NCBI GenBank assembly: GCA_964247055.1
Contig: OZ176051.1
Span: forward strand, 7,006,001 to 7,070,000
Direction of reading: 5' to 3'
DNA from: Paragordius varius
Taxonomy: Eukaryota > Animalia > Nematomorpha
DNA: 64,000 bases
Part shown: one piece after another, positions 1 through 12,622 of the stretch
How positions within the stretch are numbered: the stretch's first letter is position 1
Layout: each line of letters opens with the position of its first letter
Notes under the pieces: generated by a model
The model's input: the letters and a program-made list of their open reading frames with translations, nothing else
The model's database searches: none
Told to the model about the DNA's origin: nothing
Translations under genes and position numbers: made by a program

Positions 1-3000
1 AGTAGCAGATAGCGTGTGAGATGAATTATCCGTTACTATAATGAATGAAGGAGATTGGGAACCGCTCACGCTAATATACTTGATGTTTGATAGGTCAGCC
101 ACATTCAAGACCATGTACTGAGATGTGGACGTGGAAGGGATTATTCTTTGGAGCTGTGATATTTGTTGTTGCGGTTGACCTGATTCGTTAGCACCTGATG
201 GTCGTTTGTTAGATGTGGCGGAAGGTATTCCTGCTGTATTATTTACTTTATGGCGTATAGAAGAAGAGGACGATAGATTATTGGCAGCATTAAGGTTGTG
301 TGCTGCAAAAAAGTAGGTTGAAGTATTAACATTGTAATTCACGGGTATGGCGGGAGAATCGGCATTAGCCAACAATTGAATGTGAGATTTTGTCGTGAGT
401 TGATGTGGGTGATATTGTTGTTGTTGCACAATAAGGGAATTATTTGATAGGTTTGAAGTACCGCTAGCCAGCGATTGTTTAATGAGTAAAAACTGTTGAG
501 GTAAAAATTGACTTTGTGAAACTGTGGAGGGTGTAGGCATATTTGTACTTTGTGATGAAAATATACCCCTTAAAGCAACGTTAGGCGTTGAATTTTGCGT
601 GTTATGTAATTGAGTAGCTGTAGTTAAATTCGTTGCGCCAAGTTGGTAGGAAGAGCCATATAAACCAGTGGCGTTAATATTTTGACTATTGATGGAGTAA
701 GTAGTCGTAAACGATAGATTTGAAAGGGTTGTGTTAAATGTGGAACGGTTATTAACAGAGAAATATCGATTACCATTGTTGTTGTGGATATTGGTGGGTG
801 TTATCGTATCTGAATTCACAGTAGCGTAAGTAGGCGTCGTTAAACCAATACTACTGATAGTTGAACCGTTTTGATTCAAATATATGGTTGTCGCGCTCAT
901 AGGTGCCGGAGATTCAAACATACTCTTGAGAACGGGATTATTGTTTGTCAAATTGTAACTGTAATATCCAGCACTAGAGTTTGTCATATTGCTCGGGTGC
1001 ATAATGTATTGTTGTTGCTGCTGTTTTGATAGCGATTCGCTATAATATACAAAGTTATTATTTGTGCCATTGTTATTGTTCAACGAAAACGTATTATTAT
1101 ATATCGTATGCAAATTTGATGGAGTTGTTGTGAGACTGAGACTTCGGGGCACCAATATATTTCCCAACTTATGGCTGGTGTTATGTAATCCGGAATTTGG
1201 TATGGATGCATTTATTACGTGTTTTGTTTGTGGATGACTAGTGGTTGTATAACTATTATACAATGTATGATAGTTGTGTGGTATGGCAAACGATATATTA
1301 TCATTACCGAGATAGGCATAATTATTGATATTGTTATCATTGGCGTGATTCATTTGAGGATTATTATGATATTGTAAGGGCGTCGATAAAGGTAAGCAAA
1401 CTTTGGTACCACCTGGTCCAATGTTCAAAAGCGCAGGAGAGTTTTGAAGGAGTTGTGAAGTAGTGGGTTGTTGTGACTGATATGTGGAAGTATTTGATAA
1501 CATTTTACTCAGGTGCAATTGTGTGTTTCGTTTAAAGTATGTCCGTAAACACGTGGGTGTATGTTTAAGTCTTTTAGGGATGCTAATAAAAGAAGATATA
1601 AATATAATAACATTAAAAGATGATGAAAATAGCTCTTTTTAGCAATGAAAATTTGTTAAAAGAGACGTACTTAGACTTAACCCTTCCCATCATACCAACT
1701 ATGGAATTGGGTGCAATTAAGCGTTTGGGTGATACATTAACATCGAACATTGAAGGAATATTGTGAAGATTAGAATAACTAAGGGAGGTATTGGTGACAA
1801 ATAATCCAAATTAATAACATAAAATGAAAACTATAAATTTAGTTTAAACGTGAATACCCAGTGGATTTGTAAAAAATTTATCTAGAAAGATATGTATGAT
1901 CCAATACTTGAAAAATAATTACCCTTTATTCTGATTATTTTGATGTTGGTCATTTTGTTTTGCGGTTGTGGTTTTCCGATTAATGGCAGGTGAGTATGTG
2001 AAAGGGGTGTGTATTATGGCAGTAGTTAAATGCGTGTCATGAAAAGTACCATAAAAATAATCAAGCTATATTTAGAATAAAATTTAGTAATAAATAAGTA
2101 AAAATCATGGAAAAATATTTTTGAAATCATTCAAATATAACAAATAAAAAAAGAACCAATGAATAGGTGTAATAAATGTGTGGGTACAAGCGATGTGCGA
2201 CTTTATAATGGTCATTTTTAAAAATATCATCATTTTTTGGTTCGACATTTTTCCCTGACGTCCCATCGTTGGTGGATGTGGACTGAGAATACATGTTTTG
2301 ATATAAAGCCCGTTCTAATGCTGCAAAAAACACACGAATCCTTCGATCGTAATCTAAGGAAACTAATGTAATGTCTTCTACCACCGAAATAGCCGTGGAA
2401 ATAGGATTTTCTAGCGTTGTTTTAACGATTGAATCATGGACTACTGGAGTCTCTGTAGGGCTGTTTTCCCTTGAGACGTGCGGAATGTCTAATGCCATAA
2501 ACAATTTGCGAATTCTCGATTTCGCCATTGTTGGGGAGTAATAGTTTTCGAAAAGGGTTGTGGTTTTATTGTCATCTTCTATTTTAGCCTTGGGCATATT
2601 ATTCAGATTATAAAAAGCATGCTTTACCCTTTTTAATCGCTCCAATTGGAGCAAAAGTATAAGTGGGTTAGTTGTTTCCCCGTTCATGGGATAGGGGTTT
2701 AGATACATGGCTTTTCTCAGAGCTCCCACTATACCATCTACCGTGTTGTAAGGTGGTGGTGGTATTTTATTCGTCGTTGGAGATGCATATGGTGATGATG
2801 ATACCTTAATTTTTGTGTTGTTATAATACTGTTGATCTGTTTCGCCTGAGCCCTTCCTCATTCTTTTGTTATGTGGCAACATTTGTGATGATTGGGTAGG
2901 CGTAATCATTGAGGATGTTATTTTACGTTTTTTGTTATGCGTCATCGTTATGGAGGATGGGTAAAAGTCATCTTCATTATTCTCTAAATGCTGATTTCCT

Positions 3001-6000
3001 GAATAACCACCTCCCGGATGATAATAGTAATAATAGTATGGATCTTGTTGTTGATTGTGTGAGGCGTTGGATGAACTTGTTTTCATTAAAGTTGTAAGTA
3101 TTTTCCTTTTATTATTAGCATTATGATTGTTGGTATTGTTATAATGGATTTCTGAATGGATGTTACTTGTAGATGAGGCAAGGGATGAAGAATCGTAATC
3201 TCGAGTGTATCTGTAGAATGTAATAAATAAAAATAATATATAGATAGTTAAATTTTTTGCTTTTTCTACTAAGCCATGAGTGTCCAGAATAAATGGCTTC
3301 GCGGGCCTCTTTTTTAATCAAAAAATCGGGAAACCGCATTTGGAATATAAACGTAAGATTGAAATAAATAATTAACTATAATACATTTTACCAAAATTTT
3401 GTGAGCATATAAATGTAAAATTTTCCGAAGATCGTGCACGGCCCGTGAGTTGTGTGTATACCACACCTGTACTATATGGCACTTGCAAAATACAAAATGG
3501 TATAATCGCCAAATTATCGTATACGCACATAATTTTCAAACATGGAATCATTATAAAAAAAAATAGAATGGTACGAAAATTCATATATATGTATACAGCA
3601 AGCTTTAAACATTATTTATCGCATAAAATTGTCTTGTTATATACCTTAAAGGTGGATGTGCTCCCTGACGTTTAGATCTTGGGTGTTGAGACGTAGAGGA
3701 GATGGAAAAACTTCTATTTTGGATGTTGTGTCTTTCGTCCTCTAAAACTCCCAGATAATCATGATTCTTATTTTGTTTGCGCAAAGAATTACTTTGCCTT
3801 TTGTTAGTCGTAGAAGATGACATGGCTTTTGTAGGTGAAAGGGTTCGTTTCTATTATCATAGTTATATATTTAAACTTTGTAAAAACAAAAAATGAATAG
3901 TTAGTAGAAATATGTTTATCTATATAAAACATGATAAAATATAATATAAGAGATGTGGGAAAATAGCAGACGATAAGGTATTTAAAAAAATTATTAATAA
4001 TTTAAATTGTTGAACAAAATTATTGTATTTCTTTAGCAGCGATTTTTCTTGCTTTCTGTTTCTTTTATTCTTAATTATCATTTTTTGTAAATAAAAAAAT
4101 CTCATGTTTGCCTTAAAGCTATTTTGTTAACAGACCATGAAGTCAATGATATGCAAAACAACGATAATATATATCAAACCTTGAAATCTAGGCCCCATTC
4201 AAACTGTTCTTTGAACGGAGAGGTATTTTGTATGGCACTGTAGGCGTTATTGGTGTAATAATACGAATCTAATCCATAGGGATATGAATAATTCTTAAGA
4301 GGAGAAATAGGGCTTTCTTCGTATAACATATTATTGTTAGTGGTTGTGTTATACAAACGTTTAGTTTCTCGATAAGTATCACCGGAATAATCTTGCAAAG
4401 CGAATCTGAAAATACGATATAAATATATGTATTGATATATTTTCCTAGAAATTGATTAAATATAAAACAATAAACTTTAATGAGATATTAATATACTCTA
4501 ATATTTCATTCCAATAATATATTTGAGAAAGAAATTCAAAAAATAAATAATATCGAATTGTGATATATATAGCAAATGAATGGTAAAAACTAATATTTAA
4601 TACATCTTACCTTGTTTTAAACGTATTTTGCGCAATGTTAACCAAATCAGTCTTGAAAGATTCTCGTTTTTCCACCAACTCAAAAATTTTTCTATTAATG
4701 AAAAAATAAGATTTCCAATTAAAACAAATTTTATAATCATTAATAAACAATGTCATACTGTGCTCTTATTAGATCCCGTTTAAGCTTTAACATTTTCTCG
4801 TATGAATATTCATCATTTTTCCGATTCTAATATAAAAAAAGAGTATTAAATAAAGCAAAAAATGGTATATACACTAAAGAGTAAACAGACAGTATTTCAG
4901 ATTTCAAATAGAAAAAGATCAAATTTAATAAGTTACCTTTCGTGTTTGCATTTTTTCAGCCCGCCTTCGAAACGCTATGTAAGGATTGGTAGCCGGATTA
5001 GAGTTATCATGTTGACTAATTGATGATGTGTTAGCTGTTATACTAAGTTTTTTCTCTGCGGCTGATAATACATGTGTTATCAATGGTTTTCCATTTTGCT
5101 TAGCTATTTTTGTTGATTTATAAAAAAAATATATATATATATTGATAAAAATTGTTTTTTCAATAAATATGAGACACATTACATACTATTAAGAATATAT
5201 CCAAGCCATCGCTACAAGTGCTAAACGCTATCATTTTTTTTTCAAAAAAATTTACTTCTCGTGTGATTATTCTTGATATGTCATCGACATAAAAAGGAAT
5301 ATAATATTGTTTCTTAACGATTGACCTTTAAACCGTAATCATCAAAAAAGTATCACATAGCTAAATGTTTTTTCTATAAATTTTTGTGTTAAAATATTCG
5401 CGATACTGTCACTAAATGAATCAAAAAATATAAAAATATATTTTAATAAATTTTTTATGCTCTATAAAATTTTGATAATTTTATAAATTTATGCTGTCAT
5501 ACTTTGACCCATGGTGGTTGAAGTAATAGAAGCAGTGATTGAGGAATTAATATTGGATAATTGTTGTGATAATGGTTGGGTCGGAGGTATGGCCATTATG
5601 CGCTTTTCAGTCAATATTTGCGGTGTCAAATTCATACCCTTAAATATTTTAAATAATTGAATTTAATTAAATTACATATAAAAATTTATAGAGTGGGTAT
5701 ATTTATTTTTCTCTCAAATAGAATATAAATGTACTTTTATAAATCGCTTTTTATGCCAATACACGTAAATGTTGCGTAGTATATCTTCATTCTCATTCTT
5801 TATCAAAACTTTGGCTTCGTCATAGGAGATCATCTAAAATATAAATAGATAATTTAAAACATAAAAATAAGAATTCTATTATATTTAAATAAAAAAGTAG
5901 TATCAGTTTAAATAAAATTTTTAATTATTCCCTAATACCTGATGACCACTAGCTTTTTCAAAGGTGTCCATTAAACGTTCAAAAATATCAGGTGTAATAA

Positions 6001-8050
6001 ACGCCGTTTCTGACAATCCATTTGTTTTTGCCACACTTTTAGCTGTTTTTGCATTTTCTGTGTTACCATTTCGATTATTTGAATTTACAATGTTTAACCA
6101 TTCTTCGTCCTCACTATCCATATCATATTCGGGTAAATTGTCCTCCAAATCAAATGCTATATTTTGTCATACACAAAAAATATATATATATCATGTGTTT
6201 AACCCAATTCTATTATAATAGAAAATTTTCATTAAAATAATTTTTAAACTATAAACACGTATCAATGATTTTTTATAAGGCCTGCAAAAGTTTTTTGAGG
6301 AAAGTTAAAAAAATGGATTTCAGATAAAATTTTACGCCAAAGAAAATACATAGTTTAAATTAAAAAATGACTAATATTATCGATGCGCTTGCAAAAATGA
6401 TTGTGTTGAACAGCTCTATTTAACAATTTATTTAAGATTTGCAATTAACAAAAAATGTATGTACGTTGGATGTGAATGAATTGTTTTGGAAGAGGAAAAT
6501 TGCCCTTGTAAAACAAATCATAATCAGTCCCACTTTCAACCGAAGGAGTTGGAATGACGACACCCTTAACCGTAACTTTTTGTGATTGAATAGCTTGTTG
6601 TAAATGATATTCCTATGTACAAAAAATGATTAATTATATGAATTTAAGTATCAAAAAATTATAAAATAGGTTTTCTAACATAATTTGTTTTCTAAAAAAA
6701 ACCGTAACACCTACGCACTAATTATGCTTTTGATAAAACGGTTCAACTATTTAGAAAATTCGGTGAAATATATTATAAAAATGCTAGGTGTAATAGCATT
6801 CTTAACACTGAGTTTTAATTCTCGATATTTTGATTTCGCTAAAAAATATATCCTAATTCAAATGTAATTTAAATTAAAAATGACAATTTGATAAATTTCT
6901 CGCTGAGATAAATGTTTATAACAAAGCCAATTCAATGAAATGGGAAATTCCAAAGTCAATCTATAAAGAGGCATGTAAGCTAACCATCTGTATACCTATT
7001 AAAATAAGTGAATCTGTTTAACTTGACAGTTTAGGCATTTTTAATCCATACTCATATAACGACAAATTATTAATTTTAACTTAGGCTAGTGTGGTTAGTG
7101 TGACCATATCGTTGATTGATAAAAAGGTTATCAGATATGAGTCTAGCCACCTACCGAGGCCAAAGTCATAAGCAAATCAAGAAATTACGCGGTTAAAAGG
7201 TATATGTCGAACGTAAAATCGAGATGAAAAGATTTAAAAAAACCGGATAAAACATATACGATTTCGGAAAGGTTATTATAAAATTTTAAAGTAAAGTTAA
7301 TACTCAAACTGCGGCCCCATATTTATGGCCCTGAATTATTTATTAAATTTTTTAATTATCTGCAAATGTATTAAACAACCATGAATTTCTGTATTACAGT
7401 AAGATTAACAAATGATTATCACGAAAAAACAAAAGAATATCCAAATGAAAAAAATGTTAGCTGGTCAAAAATATGAAACTATATACTACCCTTGATTAAT
7501 CCTTTCTGTACAAATTTAATGTATTTTTTAACCATGTACTAATCAATTTTTTCTTTTAAGTATTCATTTGTTTTTTCGTGATAATCATTTGTTAATCTTA
7601 CTTGGGCACGGCCCTTGGAAAATAAAAAATTTTTGCAGCCCTTTATAATCATTTGCTAAGTACCACTAAATCGAACAAAAAGGAACATACTAAGGTGTAT
7701 CTATATTTTCATATATGCTCAATTGCTAATATTTTATATATTATATGATATAAGCGCAAGAAAAAATTACACAGCAATCCAAATCATATGATAATATAAA
7801 GATGGCGCTTAATTAACTTGAGATGTTATAAAATTTAAATAAATATTTTAAAAAACTAATAAAAAAATAAAATTTAACATACAATACAATAACTTACGCT
7901 TTCTTCCTCTTTTTCCATACCAGATGGTATAGGTGCGACTGATCTCGAGCTTTTTGTAAAATCCGAAATCTTCCCAAACTCTTCATGACGATATATAAGA
8001 ATGTGCCTATTTACGTCTAATTGACGAGATCTGAACGATAATTTGCTCAT
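1..8050 (-). CDS. EPC1: Enhancer of polycomb homolog (NuA4/TIP60 subunit), multi-exon, 3' end outside window
   Basis: ATG at 8050 gives MSKLSFRSRQLDVNRHILIYRHEEF...PSGMEKEEES|EYHLQQAIQSQK...|FDLEDNLPEYDMDSEDEEWLN...TNPYIAFRRRAEKMQTRK|NRKNDEYSYEKMLKLKRDL, matching the EPcA domain. GT-AG exons at about 7898-8050, 6468-6612, 5935-6155, 4936-5100, 4760-4826, 4610-4693 and 4177-4405. A large low-complexity exon (1582 to <1) stays open to the window edge. Confidence 0.95.
7397..7603. repeat. MITE-like inverted repeat (41-bp arms, 1 mismatch) in EPC intron 1
   Basis: GTAAGATTAACAAATGATTATCACGAAAAAACAAA (7399-) versus TTTGTTTTTTCGTGATAATCATTTGTTAATCTTAC (-7601). Confidence 0.7.
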
Positions 8051-8906
8051 TCAGAGCCCCCAAATTTGGTTATTTCAAAAATAATCAGGGTTTGTTTCGG
8101 ACATATCTTGATGTGGGGATCAAATATCCAAAATAAGGTATTTTAAGCGTTTTAAGCTAATATAAATAAACTATATTATATTATATATAAAAATACCTTA
8201 ATTTTTGGGCAGACAATTAGTTTTTTTTGCAAATATAGTGGAAAATTATAATTTCTCCATTTTCAAAATGGCGGATCTCTAATTTGTTTGTCTACCATTT
8301 TATATCAATGAATCAATTTCCAATAATATTATTTGTTTTTATTTATTTCTTTTATTACTAAATGATTGACATTTATTTGTTGGCCGTAATTTTACGCAAA
8401 AGAATAATGAAAAATATTATAAAAGATATTAATTTTGGGATAAATATTAAAAAAAATTAAAAAATTGGTGGTTATGATTTATTCAGGAGATAGGCTCATC
8501 TTAGGGCATATTTCCATAGATAACGCGCAAATCAAGTGAGTTTTAGCCCATATGAATATAAGTATAGTAGTTTCAAATAATTTTCAATATCACATTTATA
8601 TTTTTTAAAGTACATGAATCAGGTTATAAAGAATTTTCAGGGCCCATATAAAATAGAAAATTAATTTAAGTGGCGCAACTATATACCCAACCCTTAAACT
8701 TTAAGTACTCAGTGCACAAATAAAAATTAGTATAAATATCAGATTCATAGGGATTTTGGCTTTGAGTACATGTTATTTGAGATTATGTTCTTTTTTGAAT
8801 TGCTACATTAAAAAAAAGCGCAAAATTTGCGAACAATGTTTCTATATAAGGATAACTACTTCATTTCATAAAATATCATTAAAAAAACCTATACACTATC
8901 TATATA

Positions 8907-9486
8907 TTAACACTTCGATTCAAATTAGGGTATCTGAATACCCCAGACTATGTACTACTAGATATTTTAAAAAAACTACTGAAAAAAACCGTCCCTATTT
9001 AAATTTATGCTTTAATTCAAATAATAATTATATTAATAAGCCGAAATATCTAAATAAAATTTAATTTAAAAAAAGTTCCATATCAAACTACTTCGACTCC
9101 ATTTTTATTTTACATTTTTGTAAAAAATATCGTTATTTAATTTTAGCTTAAAATGAAAGCCGATTTTTAATTTAAATCACATTTAACATTGATACAAACA
9201 GAAAAAGCGGTTTATTTATTATTATTTTTAAATTCAGCTAATGCATACCTGTCATATTGACTAAATTTTTACCTTATAATTTTACCTTAAAATAAGTAAT
9301 ATCAAGTATTTTCGATGACTTTTTTAGATATTTCGGTTGATTAAAGCTATAAATGTGCAAATTTTTGCCACGGTTTCAATTCCTCCCATATTTTTTCAAT
9401 TAGTTAATTTTAAACAGGCCTGGGGTATCCATCTACCCCAATTTAATTCAAAAAATTGAAATGAATATGTTGCATCCAAGTGTTAA
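8907..9486 (+). mobile_element. TTAA-flanked MITE, family A (piggyBac-like ends)
   Basis: TTAA-CACTT...AAGTG-TTAA ends; collinear with the copy at 21366-21949; subterminal GGGGTA..TACCCC hairpins. Confidence 0.75.
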
Positions 9487-9850
9487 CTCTTTGACGAATT
9501 GGGGTATCTTATATATGATATATTTTAAAAACTACTGAAAGAAACGGTTTCAATTTAAATTTATCGTTCTATTATCCTATTATAAAACCCCGGAATATCT
9601 AAACAAAATTTAGTTTTGAAAAAAAGTTCCATATCAAACTATTTCGCCGGCATATTTCACATTTTTTCAAAATATCGTTTTTATCTAAATTAGCTAAAGA
9701 CTATTTTTTTATATAAATCATATCTAAAATTGTTAGAAACAGAAAAAGTGGTTTTTGTCTTATTTTAATATTTTGCTAATGCACACATGTCAGGTTGGCT
9801 AAATTTTTTCTTTGGATTTTATCTAAAAATATGAATATCCCTTTGTATTT
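9483..9850 (+). mobile_element. Family A MITE, truncated tandem copy sharing the TTAA of the previous copy
   Basis: Degenerate left end TTAACTCTTTGACGAATTGGGGTATC, followed by the same internal sequence (AAAACTACTGAA, AAAAGTTCCATATCAAACTA, ACAGAAAAAG). Confidence 0.65.
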
Positions 9851-9853
9851 TTA

Positions 9854-10419
9854 CTAACACTGGGATACAACACATTCATTTTAGTCCTTCGATTCAAATT
9901 GGGGTAGTTAAATATCCCAGGCATGTTAAATTAAATTCCTTAAAAATTATGAAAGGAATCGAAACCATGGCAAAATTTTGCACTTATATTACATTAATAC
10001 ACCGAAATATATAAAAAATTTTATTCAAAAATACTTGATAAAACTTTTTTTAAGCTAAAACTCAAAGGTAAAAATTTAGTCAACGTGACATGGATCAAAT
10101 TGTAAAATTAAAAAAATAATACAAAATAAACCGCTTTTTCTATTTCCATCAATGTTAGATGTAATTTATACTAAAAATTAACTTTAGTTTTACCCTTAAA
10201 ATTAAATGAAGAAGATTTGCAAAAATTTTGTAAAATAAAAATGGCGGCGTTTTTTTCAAAACGAAATTTTATCAAGATATTTTGGCTTTTTAATATAACT
10301 TTTATTAGAATAGAAGCATAAATTTAAATTGGGACAGTTTACTTTAGTAGTTATTTAAAAATCCTAACTCAAATTTAGTCTGGGATAGTTAGATAGCCCA
10401 AATTGAATCGAAGTGTTAA
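9854..10419 (-). mobile_element. Family A MITE, inverted full-length copy
   Basis: Reverse complement is collinear with 21366-21949; ends CTAACACTGGGAT and GAAGTGTTAA. Confidence 0.75.
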
Positions 10420-11109
10420 TGTTATATAAGTGCACACTTATGCCATGGTTACAAATACTTATATATTTTTTGAAGTATTTTTTGTAACAGGGCTGGGGTA
10501 TCCAACTATACCATTTGAATTGAAGGACTGAAATGAATGTCTTGTATCCAAGTGTTAAAGCTAACAATATTTTGGTATAATTTCATTTATGGTATCCTAA
10601 AGTTTCAAAATCTCAATCTCTCTAAATAGGCTAGGTTTTTGAAAATAAGAGCAATGCCGGAATTGTGCAAAATATTAATTTTTTTATGCTGGATTATGAC
10701 ATCAAAAAAACTCGTTAAAAAAGCATACTTTGCGCCGTCGTACTTTATGGTATTTGTGGAACGATAAAACACTTAAAAATATGATGCACACCCTTTCTAT
10801 CCTAAAGAAATATAGTAATAAAATTTGCAAAAACACAATTAATATTATAATTGAAGTTGGAGACAAATATATTTATCAAAATACTTCTGGCGCATGTTTC
10901 ATTTTTATATAAAATTCTAAAAATTATGGCGTCGAACTAGTGTGATATGGAACTTAATTTTAAAAATTAAATTTTATTTAGATGTATCGGCTTATTTATA
11001 TAATTAATTAGGATAGTATAAATATAAATTTGGACCGTTTCTTTCAATAGTTTTTAAAAATATTAATTTGTATAGTCTGGAAAGATACCCCATTGAATCG
11101 AAGTGTTAA
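10420..11109. mobile_element. Family A MITE end fragments (right end to 10558; inverted left end about 10890-11109)
   Basis: ATCCAAGTGTTAA at 10546-10558; GAATCGAAGTGTTAA ending 11109, with matching subterminal sequence. Confidence 0.6.
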
Positions 11110-12622
11110 TTTACTTAAGTCAGCTTACAGATTGCATTACCAAAAATTTGATATTGTTTGATTTACACATAAGCTGTTTAGTTCAATCGTTTTTTACAGT
11201 TTTCCCAATTTTAAACTCTACAAAACTGTAAAAAAATAAGCCTTTCTATCTAATATAAAAGAGATTGATAATTAATTTTATAGAACTTTTAAAACAGTAG
11301 TTTATTTAATAGATTAAACTCTAATATTTCTCCCAATATGTTCGCGGACAAAAAAATAAAAAGGTCATGAAGTGTTACAAACCGGCCCATTTTGGAACTG
11401 ACAAGACTTTGAAAGCCCACATTTCAAAATTAATAATTTCATAAAATTGTTGCTTATTATATATTATAATATATTAAAAAGATAAATTTTGTAATGATTT
11501 AACTTTATCCAAAAAACATTGAACATGATAAGTACTAATTTTACCATATCAAATAATTTCCACAAAAGTGAAAATAACTTTCTAACAGCCCACTTAAGCT
11601 CCAAAACCAAACTATGAGAATCCTGATATATTTATACATGGAAGGATATTATTTCATTAGGATATTTTTTATATCCCTGATTTTGTGCGCCGTTTATATA
11701 TGCATATATATATATATATATTACACTCGTAGTGACTTTATAAACTCCTGCTGCGTATAAAAAATAAAACATTTACGAGTTAATATCTTTAAAATTAATT
11801 TGCCTGTAATACAAAATATAGACAAGCGATAATCAACCATGCAACATCCTTTGCCGTAATTATGCTCATTTTGAAATAATATACGCTATTAGATAATTGG
11901 ATGTATATTATATACAAAGCCACAATTTATAAAGAGAATATAATTTTGTCGGTAAAAGCAAGGTTAAACAAATTATTTGGGTTATTGATCAATTGATTTA
12001 ACAAATATATGCAGAATCAAGGTTCGGAACGGTTATAAATGTATTTAGGCCCGTAATACCGTTTAATAAATTAAGTAAAAAAAACGTTAAATAAGTTTAT
12101 AACGACATTAAAAATAATTAGATAATATTGTTATAACTTAATGAGAAAATTTTCATTGTTTGTTATAAAAGATTTGACATTATAAACATTAGGGTTACCG
12201 GTTCATTTGATTTAGTTGCAAATATTCTGCGTACCCAAAAAACACTTTATTTATTTTGACAGCTAACGATATTATTTAAATAATATAATTTTTAAACCTA
12301 TTATACTAAAATTCAAAGAACATGCCTAAATTATAATTCAAAGATATATTGTACATAGCATTGAAATTTAGTATAATTTATTTATTTAATTATTTTAGGC
12401 ATATCATTTGGTAACTTATTTTGTGATAAATAAAATGCATATTATCACAACAATATAAGTAACATTGTATACAAATATTAAACATTATAAAAAAAACATA
12501 CAGAGTTAGCAAATCCATGGTTATTATTAATGATTAGAATTACCCTTTGTTAATAGAATTTTTTTAATATTAATTGTATATCAATTATTCGAAATCCTTA
12601 TCAAGTAGAATTATACATTATT

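Noticed and set aside
8264-8274. YY1/Pho-like CAAAATGGCGG upstream of EPC (also AAGATGGCG near 7800)
   Set aside because: The same short motif occurs inside local MITEs (about 10240, 14620, 18890), so it cannot be called functional.
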